The notes: a model not told the origin generated them from the letters alone. Counted from the first letter of the stretch, positions 40,388 through 50,840 are shown. The stretch: DNA of 64,000 bases from Methanobacteriota archaeon (GCA_002698225.1 NZWD01000004.1:20090-84089); one strand, 5' to 3'. Program-made: numbers and translations.

Positions 40388-42345
40388 AAGAGGTAAATCT
40401 TAGACGTAGGACTATGAATGCGGTCCGGGCTGCCTTGGCAACATTAGTTCTGTTGATGGGCATTTGGGCAAATGTCAACCCTGATGTGCTCGAGGATTGG
40501 CTGAGTTCACCCGCCCCGAGTACATCAGTTCAGAGCGAGTTAGTTGGTTTGCAAGAGAGTGAGGAATGGCTCGTTCTGAGAGTCGATTTTCCAGATCGCC
40601 AGTTCGCTCAACAAAAGGCAGACTCGATGTTTGATTCGAACGGTCCAGCCAGCAATTACATCGACCAGATGAGTGGCTCTGACTCAATACTGTACGCCAC
40701 GCTCTCGGATCGTGTATGGACATCACCTAACCCTGAGAGTCATTGGGGGTATGATTCAGATGATGAGAGGGATGTGTCTGTTGATAGCCTGATTGAGGCC
40801 GCCTGTCTCGATTTATTGTCTGGAATGGATCTTTCGAGATGGGATTTCAACGATGACGGAGTAGTCGACAGACTTCTGGTTCTACATTCAGGAAGAGCTC
40901 AGGAGTCGGGAGGTGGTGCAGATGCTCTTTGGAGTCATATGTCATGGTTGAACGAGCCCTTGGAGATTGGCGACTGGAACATCGCTCACTATACCATAGC
41001 ATCTCTAGACTCTGGCATAGGTACTGTGATTCACGAAATGCTGCACCAGATGGGGGCGTACGATCTGTATGATGTTCACAGTGAAATTCCCTCTTCAAAT
41101 TGGGACGGCTTGGGAGAGTGGGATATTATGGCCAGCGGAAACTGGAATGGCGACGGACATATCCCTGCCTTGCCTGGGGCCGCCTCGCTGAATCTTATTG
41201 GAGCCGATAGGTACATCCAAGTCGACTTGGCAATAGATTCCACACATGTTCTGGAACCGATTTCAGACGGCGGTTTCGGACTCTCTATTCCAATAGCACC
41301 CGGTGAGACAATTTGGGTCACATACAGGAGTGATTCTGGTTTTGATGCCGAACTTCCTGGTCATGGCATTTTGGTCGAGCATTCTGATGAGAACAATGGT
41401 AACCCTGTCGAGAACCTAGTCAACACTGACCCCGACAATGCTTGGGTCAAGATTATCGAGGCAGATGGAGATGCAGCATTGCAAAGAGGTAGAGACTCTG
41501 GTAGCCCGGGAGATGTATTCGATGTTGACGACTCGTTCGGGTCTTCTGGGATGAAAATCAGGGATAACCGCGGCAGATTGGTAGGCTGGACTATTTTGGT
41601 AGAGCAGATGTCAGATGGTTCTGCTACAGTTTCTTTTGATTCCGGACCCCATTCTAGCATAGACGCACTTACTCCAAGATCTCCTCTTCAATTGCTTTCT
41701 ACAGAATCTGCCTTCGCTGAGGTGTTTGCTTCCGAGCCTTGTAACCTTGAGATTTCACTCTCAACCAGTCAGTCCGACAATACAGCACCCCAGTATATCG
41801 ATATCCCTGCAGGCACCCATGAGGTACAGATTCTAGCACATGACAAGATTCCCTCTGATTCATTCTCACTGATAGGATATATTGGTTGTGAGTCAGAGTC
41901 TAAAACTGACATCTCACTTGAAATCGACATAGTCGGGCATAGGATTTCGACCAAAGAACTCTATTCTGTAGTTTCTTGGGAATCCCCTTCGATAGTCACT
42001 GTTACACCCAATTACGAAGGTGGAGGGGAGATGACTTATTCGATTGCATTAGAGGGCGCTGTTTCTAGAGTTGCGACACCCCACTCTCCAGCTACATTAG
42101 GGCCGGGAGAACCAATCACTCTAGATGTCGACCCCCTGGGTCTTCTCGAGCCTGGCATGCTGGCCAGAGGTTCGATAGTTCTCTCCGATGAACACGGTTC
42201 CGAACATCGGATCCCTCTCCTATTGGAGGCCGAATCACCATTCACAGGAGGCTGGTTGGCCTGGTTTGCTGAACCTGCAAATGGATTGCTTGTAATCTCG
42301 ATATTGATATCGATTTCGATAGTCAGCGGCGGACGCCGAGATTAA
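40384..42345 (+). CDS. M6 family (immune inhibitor A-like) metalloprotease, membrane anchored
   Basis: DFNDDGVVD, HEMLHQMGAYDLYD, WDIMASGNW, C-terminal TM; start TTG 40384 or ATG 40414. Confidence 0.88.
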   Translation: MKEVNLRRRTMNAVRAALATLVLLMGIWANVNPDVLEDWLSSPAPSTSVQSELVGLQESEEWLVLRVDFPDRQFAQQKADSMFDSNGPASNYIDQMSGSDSILYATLSDRVWTSPNPESHWGYDSDDERDVSVDSLIEAACLDLLSGMDLSRWDFNDDGVVDRLLVLHSGRAQESGGGADALWSHMSWLNEPLEIGDWNIAHYTIASLDSGIGTVIHEMLHQMGAYDLYDVHSEIPSSNWDGLGEWDIMASGNWNGDGHIPALPGAASLNLIGADRYIQVDLAIDSTHVLEPISDGGFGLSIPIAPGETIWVTYRSDSGFDAELPGHGILVEHSDENNGNPVENLVNTDPDNAWVKIIEADGDAALQRGRDSGSPGDVFDVDDSFGSSGMKIRDNRGRLVGWTILVEQMSDGSATVSFDSGPHSSIDALTPRSPLQLLSTESAFAEVFASEPCNLEISLSTSQSDNTAPQYIDIPAGTHEVQILAHDKIPSDSFSLIGYIGCESESKTDISLEIDIVGHRISTKELYSVVSWESPSIVTVTPNYEGGGEMTYSIALEGAVSRVATPHSPATLGPGEPITLDVDPLGLLEPGMLARGSIVLSDEHGSEHRIPLLLEAESPFTGGWLAWFAEPANGLLVISILISISIVSGGRRD

Positions 42346-43398
42346 CTATCTCCTGCTTGGATTACTCCATCTAGAGTCAGCTGGCGGCCTAGAGATCGAC
42401 AGGTACTCCCATGAATCTTGAACTTGCAGAGGATGCAACCAGATCTTACCTACACCTGCTGCAAGTCGGGAAGCAAGGCAAGCTCCCTCCCAGTCACTAG
42501 GAGCCTCTGCTGGGTGAACTACAAGCCATGGCGCATGCTCTTCTCCCAGTGGCTTGTGATAGCACCTCCAACGAGTACCATACTTGAAACCGGGTCTAGG
42601 GTGGAGGCCTTTGGATAACAGATCTCTCAGAATACTGGAACCCATCGATAAATTATCCTCATCAGAGAATATCATCTGTGAGGCAATAGAATCTAGAATT
42701 CTTCCGTGAGGATGAGGTACACCAATCCTCTCATCCGGCCATTCCTCGTCTTCGAAAACGATTACTGATCCATTAGCAAGAGGCTTGAACTTCCTGTGAC
42801 GTATCTGTTGCACCGCTTGATTACTCAATCTTCCCATTTCACCCGATGGAGCGGCCGTCGAGACTCTGTAGGATACTACTGAACTCTCATCATCTACTAC
42901 GATGACCTCTGCGATTCTGTCACGTGAAGAGACTTCTTCAGACCATTCGTATAGGTCCTCTGCATCCAGTTCCGAACTCGCATGGAACCACCTCACCTCT
43001 GCAATGGGCCCCTCATCTCGTGGATGTGTGTCTGAAGGCCACCTAGCCGCCCAAGTAGAAAGAGAATGATCAACATCCAAATCATTCAGGTTTGCATTAA
43101 CTACCACTTTGTTTCCAGGTACCCTTAGGGCTTCCATTACTACTGCTTCGTCCAATAGACAAAGATCATCTCCAACTGCATCAACTAGCCATTCAGGATA
43201 GGGTAGATCCAGGTGCCTGTGTTCGTTACAGAAGATTACTTCCGCACCAGTCAATAGTAGTCTTGACTGTCCCATAGGCCTACCTATGGCTGATTTGGCC
43301 CAGAGTCGGTCGGATGCTTGACCGGAGTAAAGCCAGCCTTCACGGTGTTTCTCCACGGCTTCGCCATAAGGTTCCCGACTTGAGTGCGCCGGTGGCAA
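42346..43398 (-). CDS. endA: tRNA-intron lyase (splicing endonuclease, alpha2-size)
   Basis: RPGFKYG (Tyr), EEHAPWLV (His), RLAAGVGK (Lys). Confidence 0.85.
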   Translation of the reverse strand: MPPAHSSREPYGEAVEKHREGWLYSGQASDRLWAKSAIGRPMGQSRLLLTGAEVIFCNEHRHLDLPYPEWLVDAVGDDLCLLDEAVVMEALRVPGNKVVVNANLNDLDVDHSLSTWAARWPSDTHPRDEGPIAEVRWFHASSELDAEDLYEWSEEVSSRDRIAEVIVVDDESSVVSYRVSTAAPSGEMGRLSNQAVQQIRHRKFKPLANGSVIVFEDEEWPDERIGVPHPHGRILDSIASQMIFSDEDNLSMGSSILRDLLSKGLHPRPGFKYGTRWRCYHKPLGEEHAPWLVVHPAEAPSDWEGACLASRLAAGVGKIWLHPLQVQDSWEYLSISRPPADSRWSNPSRR

Positions 43399-43429
43399 AC
43401 ATCATTCGCATTCCATACCACGCAGGAGC

Positions 43430-44479
43430 ATGGAGGGCGACGCAGACAGAGTAAAGGTGCTTGCTAGATTAGGAGACATGCTTGACTCAATAGAGGAGTC
43501 TAAAGTAACCCTAATCGGAGATGTGATGCTTGACAGATTCCACCATGGTTATGCTAACAATCTTGATTCCACCGCTCCTGTACCTGTCCTCAAAATAATG
43601 AGGACAGAAGAGACCCCGGGAGCCGCTGCTCACATCGCTATGGGCCTGCGATCATTAGGTATGCAAGTTAGTTTACACTGCTGTGTCGGTGACGACAGAG
43701 AGGGTAGCACGATAGTATCCAAACTCGCTGAGCACGAGATACCGACAGAGGGAATACATTCTGTACCTAATCGCAATACTCTAACCAAGATTAGGTTCTA
43801 CGGTAGCAGAGAGAGTTTGTTGGACGAGAGCCAGATTTTGTTACAAGCAGATCGTGGACCAAGAGATCCCCTACCTGAAGAAGTTAGGAAATCGGTGGCT
43901 GAAGGGGCTATTAATGAAATCTCAGAAAGCAACGCAATTGTATTGTCAGATTATGACAAGGGAGTGTTAGATACAGAGACATCACTGATGTTGATTTCTA
44001 TTGCAAAGAAAGCAGGACTTCCCGTAATTGTAGACCCTAAACTCACAGGTCTAGATCGGAGCGCTGGGGCTGATGTCGTTCTATTTGAGAATCGTGGACT
44101 AAATCTTCTATCTCGCAGGCAGGGTTCTTCCGACCAATCTAGTACTGCATCTAACCTGATATCACAGTATGGTTGGGGTGCCCTACTAGTTCTCAGAGGT
44201 ACTGAAGGAGTTACCTTGTACAGAGACGGTGAGGAACCGTCCCACATCCCCTGCCTATCCCCTTCTGCGGTCCAGCAAATCGGTTTACACGACGCTGCAG
44301 CCACAGCTCTAGCTGCAGCACTTGGAAATGGACTCTCAATGGTCGAAGCTGCCACCTTAGCAGCAGCTGCATGTGACTGCATCCTAGCCGCTGAGGCCAG
44401 TAGGGAGTTTGTGGACAAACAGACATTGAGACTCTGGATAGATGAACTATCGTGGCAACTTAGAATCTCAGACAGATGA
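43430..44479 (+). CDS. PfkB-family kinase, RfaE/HldE domain-I-like
   Basis: GDVMLD, APVPV, PGAAA, LSDYDKG, VDPK; anion-hole motif degenerate. Confidence 0.82.
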   Translation: MEGDADRVKVLARLGDMLDSIEESKVTLIGDVMLDRFHHGYANNLDSTAPVPVLKIMRTEETPGAAAHIAMGLRSLGMQVSLHCCVGDDREGSTIVSKLAEHEIPTEGIHSVPNRNTLTKIRFYGSRESLLDESQILLQADRGPRDPLPEEVRKSVAEGAINEISESNAIVLSDYDKGVLDTETSLMLISIAKKAGLPVIVDPKLTGLDRSAGADVVLFENRGLNLLSRRQGSSDQSSTASNLISQYGWGALLVLRGTEGVTLYRDGEEPSHIPCLSPSAVQQIGLHDAAATALAAALGNGLSMVEAATLAAAACDCILAAEASREFVDKQTLRLWIDELSWQLRISDR

Positions 44480-44527
44480 AATCATCTATACATTGGATTC
44501 ATTACCAGCAGAGATTGCCATCGCATC

Positions 44528-45988
44528 ATGAGGTCGAGATGCTTAGTGATGACCATAGCATTCTTACTCTCGATAATCGTTTCACTACCATCTACTAGTG
44601 CCGAGACCAAAGATCCGGCCATTATCGGATTCGATTTTGAGAATGGCCTATCTATCAACGAGTCAATATCGCTTTCAGGTTCAATTGAGTCGGACACATT
44701 TCCTGATTCGGTCATTTGGAGCATTGAATCAGACCCCTCTACTATGGTACAATTGTATGACAATCAGATTAATGATTCATTACAGGAAACACAGTCACAG
44801 AGCGGCCGAATGACATGGTCTTGGCAGGCTAATTTGGAAGTTGAATGGTCCCATTGTACATGCTATTTCACCATCACAGTAATCATCGGAGAATATAGTT
44901 GGAGCGAAACCAGAGTACTATTCATCGGAGATACATTGCGTTCCGGACTTCTAATCGACTCACCAGTTGATGGGGATTGGACTCATGAATCAATTGTTGT
45001 CACTGGTTGGAGCTCCCATCCTACAGTCTGGGCGGATTCAGAGACCAGATTCTTCACCTATCCGGCAACTAACTCAGTCCAGTCTTGCTCGGAGGAAGGA
45101 GACTCCGATATGACTCAACTGCTATCTGTGATTAGTTCCGAAGGAGATTACTCTTCAACAATAAACATCTCAGCGCTGGAAGATGGTTGGTATTCGTTGT
45201 ATGTTGAGAACTACGATCCCTCCAGAGTCGCCTTTGCTCAACAGTGTGTAGGTATTCGTGTAAATAACGCCCCTCCCGAGATTGTCATCAATGGAGAACC
45301 ATATCACATTGAGAGCCTAGGCGAGATAACCTTCGATGCTAGTGCATCAGATGACCTATACTGGGGCAGAGAGGAGATGGAATACATGTGGGTACTACGC
45401 AAACCATCACACAATGGTCAGACACCAATTGATATTGAATTCGGAGGCAGCACATACTCGCTGTCCGCAAATAGCGGAGGGGACTATTCACTGACTCTCA
45501 GGCTGACCGATTCAGGAGGGGTCTCTTCAACTTCGATATTTCAGTTCGTTATCGAGAACCAGAAGCCCAACGCAGCCGGTTCAATATCCGGAATTCCAAT
45601 AATTGATGGAGATACAATCAGACTTAGTGACAGTGATGAATGGGAGTTAGATGCTTCTGATTCTAGTGATTCTGAAAACGATATTTCTAGCCTCAGATGC
45701 ATCTGGAAGATAGATTATGAGCCTATTTTCGAAGGTTGCCAAAGATCATTGACATGGGCTTCAGAGATTGAATCGGATTCTTGTATCTTGACTCTAGAGG
45801 TAATTGATAATGACGAGACTTTTTCCAGTATCTCGGTTATACTAATTCATCCCGATTCAACTGAACCCCTCCCCTACTCGCTGATAGTCCTCTTGGTTTC
45901 GGCACTATTCCTAATCTCAGCCATTTTCCTAAGATACCGTTCTTCGGATGACTCAACAGGCATTCCCAGTTGGGACTCAGACAAGTAG
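44528..45988 (+). CDS. Secreted Ig/PKD-like repeat surface protein with C-terminal TM
   Basis: Signal peptide, FDASASDD and LDASDSSD PKD-type motifs. Confidence 0.75.
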   Translation: MRSRCLVMTIAFLLSIIVSLPSTSAETKDPAIIGFDFENGLSINESISLSGSIESDTFPDSVIWSIESDPSTMVQLYDNQINDSLQETQSQSGRMTWSWQANLEVEWSHCTCYFTITVIIGEYSWSETRVLFIGDTLRSGLLIDSPVDGDWTHESIVVTGWSSHPTVWADSETRFFTYPATNSVQSCSEEGDSDMTQLLSVISSEGDYSSTINISALEDGWYSLYVENYDPSRVAFAQQCVGIRVNNAPPEIVINGEPYHIESLGEITFDASASDDLYWGREEMEYMWVLRKPSHNGQTPIDIEFGGSTYSLSANSGGDYSLTLRLTDSGGVSSTSIFQFVIENQKPNAAGSISGIPIIDGDTIRLSDSDEWELDASDSSDSENDISSLRCIWKIDYEPIFEGCQRSLTWASEIESDSCILTLEVIDNDETFSSISVILIHPDSTEPLPYSLIVLLVSALFLISAIFLRYRSSDDSTGIPSWDSDK

Positions 45989-46031
45989 AATCCCTCATAA
46001 GCAACCCTCAGTAGACCGATGATGGGGATAC

Positions 46032-47339
46032 ATGGTGCTAACTTTCTCAGCAACAGAGTATTCGAATCGGCAATCAGCCTTCCTAGGTCAATTACCAGAC
46101 GACTCAATAGTAATCATACCCACTAATCTCCAAGCAGTCAGATCTAACGACACTCATTTTCCATTCAGGGCGAACTCGTACATGCTCTACCTGTGCGGTT
46201 GGGGCGAGCCTGAGTCAGTATGGATAGCCACCAACTCAGGAGGGGATTGGATAACATCGCTGTTCGTCCCCCCTCAAGACACCAAGGCTGAGATTTGGGA
46301 AGGTAGACGGGCCGGCCCAGAAGGGGCAGCCAAGAATTGGCCTGTGGACGAGGCCCATTCTATACTTAATCTGAATACTATTGTTTCCTCTATGCTAGGA
46401 AATTGTGACAATGTGTACGCCATCCGTGGCCTGAATTTAGAAATCGACTCCATGTTAGATGTCTACGAGAAGGAAGTACTGAATCCAAAACCTCACCTAG
46501 ATTCTCTGAGAGTAATCAAATCCGAGGCTGAGATTGAGTTGATGAGAGAGTCTGCCGAGCTAGCCTCGCGGGCTCATGTACTTGCGATGAGATCAGGAAA
46601 ACCTGGCGTGGGTGAATGGCATCTTCAATCAATAATCGAATCATGCTTCACTTCGAATCGCAGTCATTGGGCCTATCCGTCAATAGTTGGAGGTGGAGAA
46701 AATGCAGCCATTCTGCATTACAATTCTAATTGTGATGCTGTTGAAGATGGAGACTTAGTTCTCATTGATGCCGGCTGCGAGATTGAAGGATATGCCTCTG
46801 ATATCACCCGAACTTGGCCGGTCAACGGGAATTTTACCGAGGCCCAGAGAGAAATTTACGATCTAGTTCTGAATGCACAACTTGCAGCAATAGGGGCATG
46901 TCAACACGGAGCTCACTGGATTTCATTCCATCAAGCTGCATCGAGAGTGATAGCACAGGGATTGATCGATCTAGGAATACTGGATTGTACTTTAGAAGAA
47001 GCTATAGGTGACCCAAAGGAATTCGATGGACCATACAGGAACTATTTCATGCACGGAACCGGCCATTTCCTCGGACTCGATGTCCATGATGTTGGAGGAG
47101 GGAGGCAAGGCGACAAGGACGCTGGCCCAATACTCAAATCGGGGATGATTGTCACTGTTGAACCCGGCCTGTACTTTGGCAGTTGGAGAACAGATGTCGA
47201 GATCCCTGAGAAGTATGCGGGAATTGGAGTCAGAATAGAAGATGATATTTTGATTACGGAAGATGGTCCAGTAGTTCTGACCTCTTCTTGCCCGAAGGAG
47301 ATTGGTGATATGGAAGCCATCATCGGGCAAGGGAGTTGA
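46032..47339 (+). CDS. pepP: Xaa-Pro aminopeptidase (M24B)
   Basis: DAGCE..GYASDITRT, HGTGHFLGLDVHD, TVEPGLY, GVRIEDD. Confidence 0.95.
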   Translation: MVLTFSATEYSNRQSAFLGQLPDDSIVIIPTNLQAVRSNDTHFPFRANSYMLYLCGWGEPESVWIATNSGGDWITSLFVPPQDTKAEIWEGRRAGPEGAAKNWPVDEAHSILNLNTIVSSMLGNCDNVYAIRGLNLEIDSMLDVYEKEVLNPKPHLDSLRVIKSEAEIELMRESAELASRAHVLAMRSGKPGVGEWHLQSIIESCFTSNRSHWAYPSIVGGGENAAILHYNSNCDAVEDGDLVLIDAGCEIEGYASDITRTWPVNGNFTEAQREIYDLVLNAQLAAIGACQHGAHWISFHQAASRVIAQGLIDLGILDCTLEEAIGDPKEFDGPYRNYFMHGTGHFLGLDVHDVGGGRQGDKDAGPILKSGMIVTVEPGLYFGSWRTDVEIPEKYAGIGVRIEDDILITEDGPVVLTSSCPKEIGDMEAIIGQGS

Positions 47340-48510
47340 GCGCTTGGCACAATGGAAGGAGATTCTACAGGCTCAGTCTGAAAACTCCCCATCTAGGCTT
47401 AGCGTAAAAGATGCCACTATACTGTACGAGCACGCTGAATTGACAGAACTGATGTATGTCGCATCGATTCACCGTAGATTGAAAATCCCAGGAAATCAAG
47501 TCACATATCTAGTTGATAGGAATGTGAATTACACCAATGTGTGTACAATCAACTGCCAATTTTGCTCCTTCTATCGACCCCCTGATCATCCAGAGACCTA
47601 TCTCCAGACTGTTGAACAAATCAGTCAGAGGTTCTCTGAGTTGGAGAATATCGGAGGTTCACGTGTACTCATGCAGGGAGGAGTTCATCCTGATCTTTCT
47701 CTAGATTGGTATACAAATATGATACGAGAATTGCGTCAAAGACACCCTTCCATAGAATTAGATTGCTTCTCTCCGATTGAGATTGAGGGAATTTCAGATA
47801 TCTGCGGATTATCAACTAAAGAGGTTCTGGAAGAACTCCGTGCTGCAGGAATGCATGGTTTACCAGGAGGCGGAGCTGAGATGTTGGTTGATGATGTACG
47901 ACTGGATGTTTCTCCAAAGAAAGGCTCTGCTCAAAACTGGCTGCGTGTGATGGGCGAGGCTCAGGAATTGGGCCTGACTACCTCGGCGACAAATGTATTC
48001 GGATTAGGCGAATCGATCTTGCAAAGATTAGAGCATATGAGTAAAATCAGGGATTTGCAGGATGTGGCGATTAGCAATGGCCATGTTGGATTCACATCAT
48101 TCATCGCTTGGCCCGTGATGCTTGAGAATAATTCTCTTGGTCTCAGAGAGAGTGGGATGAACAAGTATATTCTCGGCGCTAGCGCTAATGAATATCTCAG
48201 GCATGTTGCTATATCTCGTTTATTCTTAGATAATATCGATCATATTCAGGCATCTTGGCCAACTATGGGAATTAAGGTTGCTCAGATGGCGCTTTTCGCT
48301 GGAGCGGATGACATAGGTTCGACGATGATGGAGGAGAATGTTGTCTCTTCTTCCGGCTCTACTAAATCACGAGCATCGGAGAATGAGTTACAGATGATTG
48401 TACATAGAGCCGGATTCATACCTAGGAAGCGTGATTCTGATTACAATCTGCTAGATACTGATTCTACTACTAAGCAGGAATTCGCCCCTCCTCCTTCACA
48501 GACGATATAA
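47302..48510 (+). CDS. mqnC: Radical SAM enzyme, MqnC/CofH family (likely dehypoxanthine futalosine cyclase)
   Basis: DRNVNYTNVCTINCQFC, QGGVHP, PGGGAE, HIQASW, GSTMMEENVV; start uncertain. Confidence 0.8.
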   Translation: MVIWKPSSGKGVERLAQWKEILQAQSENSPSRLSVKDATILYEHAELTELMYVASIHRRLKIPGNQVTYLVDRNVNYTNVCTINCQFCSFYRPPDHPETYLQTVEQISQRFSELENIGGSRVLMQGGVHPDLSLDWYTNMIRELRQRHPSIELDCFSPIEIEGISDICGLSTKEVLEELRAAGMHGLPGGGAEMLVDDVRLDVSPKKGSAQNWLRVMGEAQELGLTTSATNVFGLGESILQRLEHMSKIRDLQDVAISNGHVGFTSFIAWPVMLENNSLGLRESGMNKYILGASANEYLRHVAISRLFLDNIDHIQASWPTMGIKVAQMALFAGADDIGSTMMEENVVSSSGSTKSRASENELQMIVHRAGFIPRKRDSDYNLLDTDSTTKQEFAPPPSQTI

Positions 48511-49590
48511 TCAGTTAGACTCGACTCGACCGCTTCTTACTGGCATTACAGGTATTGAATCTAGCCTCTCCCGATCATTAACTAAGACTGGCTTAATCCA
48601 TTTCATCCTAGTGCCATCGTCTCTGACAGCATCAATTACTATCTCCCAATGAATTGCAATCAGTGCAGAATATATCGAACCAGGCCATATTTGTCGAGGA
48701 CCAGGTAGGCTATATCTACCAGAGGAGATATCCAAATCAACCCATTCTCCCCAATCCATTACCCTGAGTGGCTCTAGTAGGAGCAACCTCGGATGCTCGA
48801 TAGCCAAAGGAATCGACTCCCCTACCCCAGTCCCAAGTTCCTCACCTGCAGTTATCCTTCTATCGGGAAGGCGAGTGGACATCCCAGGTGCAGATTGCCT
48901 GCCTTCCTCGCGTCCCAGGGCTTCAAGCATTTTTTCACGCTCGGGAACTATCATTCCCACTTGTAATCTAGCTTTCTGAGTTATCACATCGACAGGGACT
49001 TGTTGTAGCAGCAGGTCCAGAGTATTTCCTTCAATCTCAACTGTTGTCAATATGTCATCGAGCGGTGAAGAGATGTATCGGTTTTGTCTCCTGATATCGC
49101 GCAAATTGGCTATAATCCTGAATATGATGGGGACAATGAATAGAGGGAACGAGAAGAAGAGCAGTTTTGGGTAGTCTAGTGGCCCTATCCGATAGGACCC
49201 AGCGATTGACTCGGAGAGTAGACCACTCGCAACAAGCCCCGGCTCAAGACTGTGGATGAGCAAAGAGAAGATGATTATCACGACTGCCGGACGAATGGCC
49301 CTTCTAGCAAGAGAATGAAGTGGATCTGGTTCGATGTACCATCCATTCCTAGTCCTGGTGATGAATTCAAAAGGTTCTCTAGAGATTTCACATGTGAGTG
49401 ACGGCAAATCGTCTTCGTTTGGCATCAACGACCTCCATTCGACATTCCAATCCTCATCATGTCCAATTGAGAATGCAGGAGGGGGTTTCTGTTCTGACTC
49501 GACGACTACCTCAATCATTGAGACACCTAGAGGATCCATACTAGCATGTTCGAATGGAGGATATCTGAGTCTCTGAACTGAACGGAACAT
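48511..49590 (-). CDS. Hypothetical two-TM membrane protein
   Basis: Long ORF with two hydrophobic segments and a beta-rich C-terminal part. Confidence 0.7.
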   Translation of the reverse strand: MFRSVQRLRYPPFEHASMDPLGVSMIEVVVESEQKPPPAFSIGHDEDWNVEWRSLMPNEDDLPSLTCEISREPFEFITRTRNGWYIEPDPLHSLARRAIRPAVVIIIFSLLIHSLEPGLVASGLLSESIAGSYRIGPLDYPKLLFFSFPLFIVPIIFRIIANLRDIRRQNRYISSPLDDILTTVEIEGNTLDLLLQQVPVDVITQKARLQVGMIVPEREKMLEALGREEGRQSAPGMSTRLPDRRITAGEELGTGVGESIPLAIEHPRLLLLEPLRVMDWGEWVDLDISSGRYSLPGPRQIWPGSIYSALIAIHWEIVIDAVRDDGTRMKWIKPVLVNDRERLDSIPVMPVRSGRVESN

Positions 49591-49593
49591 TAC

Positions 49594-50793
49594 TCAGCCC
49601 CACAATACAGCCTTTACCGCGCGCCTAGCAAGCGATCTGAATTCCGGCACATCACGAAGCATCCGTAATCCCAGAGGTATAGGATTCTCAATCTCTCCGA
49701 CCTCGTTGATTAGTTCTGTAACCTCAGGCTTGGACCATACTGAGAACACTTCATCCAACTCCTCGTCATTCATCTGTGTCAGGAACGCATCTCTGAGAGC
49801 TTTGGCTCTCAGTTGGTCTTTACGAACTGGCTCAAGCACTTTTTTCATCATTGATTCCATGTCCGACTGAGATAGTAAATTCTGAACCCTATTTAGTAAG
49901 ATGGGGGCTGTATTTTCCACATGGATAAACCCGGGCCCAATCCCTCCCCCGGTTGTTGGCTTGCATAGGCCAGCAGCATCACCAAATAACACCACTCGGC
50001 CCTTGACAGGGCGACTGACTAAGCCACTTGGTACTGGTCCACAGAATCGTCCAACTTCTCTGCATCCAGTGAACCTCCTAGACCACAGAGGACTCTTCCT
50101 TAGAGTATCGAGGAGTTGCTCAGGAGATCTACCTTCCATCATGTCCGCTTTGCTCCATGTACCTATCCTTGTAGTATCTCCAGACGGAATGGCCCAGGCG
50201 AAGAACCCTGGAGAAATCTCTGAGCCAGTATACATGTCAAGCCTGCCCTCTTCACCTACATAGCCGGTTACCTCAATCTGAAATCCAACCATCATCTCCT
50301 TAGGCCGGCCCATTCTGAAGTTTCGTCGGACCCAAGAATGGGCACCATCAGCACCGCAAAGCATCAAACATCGAACACTGACATCTCCTGTTGGAGTAGT
50401 GATTGTAACATTAACTCCAGCCTCATCTTGTTCGGCGGCAAACGGAGTGCTAGATAGCCAGAGATCAGCTCCCGCATCCAGTGCGGAATCAATTACTGCC
50501 TCATCAAACATCTTTCTACAAACGCTCCAAGTCCTGATTAAATCAGGAGAGCCGATTGATACTTCTTCACCGGAAGGGCTGTGAATTCTAGCACCCCAAA
50601 TGGGGGTGAGAACAGTGTCGGTCAATCCTACTAATTCCATGGCCTTTGGATTGACTAGTCCTGCGCATTGGAAGGGCCTTCCAATCTGTGCATGCTCCTC
50701 GACTATCAGAACTGTAGAACCGCCTTCGCATAGTCGTCTAGCCAGTAATCCACCTACCGGACCCGCACCGATTACCACGAAGTCGTAATCCAT
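49594..50793 (-). CDS. Geranylgeranyl reductase family FAD-dependent oxidoreductase
   Basis: GAGPVG, IGRPFQCAG, GADG, GDAAGLCKPTTGGGI. Confidence 0.9.
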   Translation of the reverse strand: MDYDFVVIGAGPVGGLLARRLCEGGSTVLIVEEHAQIGRPFQCAGLVNPKAMELVGLTDTVLTPIWGARIHSPSGEEVSIGSPDLIRTWSVCRKMFDEAVIDSALDAGADLWLSSTPFAAEQDEAGVNVTITTPTGDVSVRCLMLCGADGAHSWVRRNFRMGRPKEMMVGFQIEVTGYVGEEGRLDMYTGSEISPGFFAWAIPSGDTTRIGTWSKADMMEGRSPEQLLDTLRKSPLWSRRFTGCREVGRFCGPVPSGLVSRPVKGRVVLFGDAAGLCKPTTGGGIGPGFIHVENTAPILLNRVQNLLSQSDMESMMKKVLEPVRKDQLRAKALRDAFLTQMNDEELDEVFSVWSKPEVTELINEVGEIENPIPLGLRMLRDVPEFRSLARRAVKAVLWG

Positions 50794-50840
50794 ACATGTG
50801 CCTCTAGGCATCAGTTATTGAGTCCTGCCCAGTATAGCGA

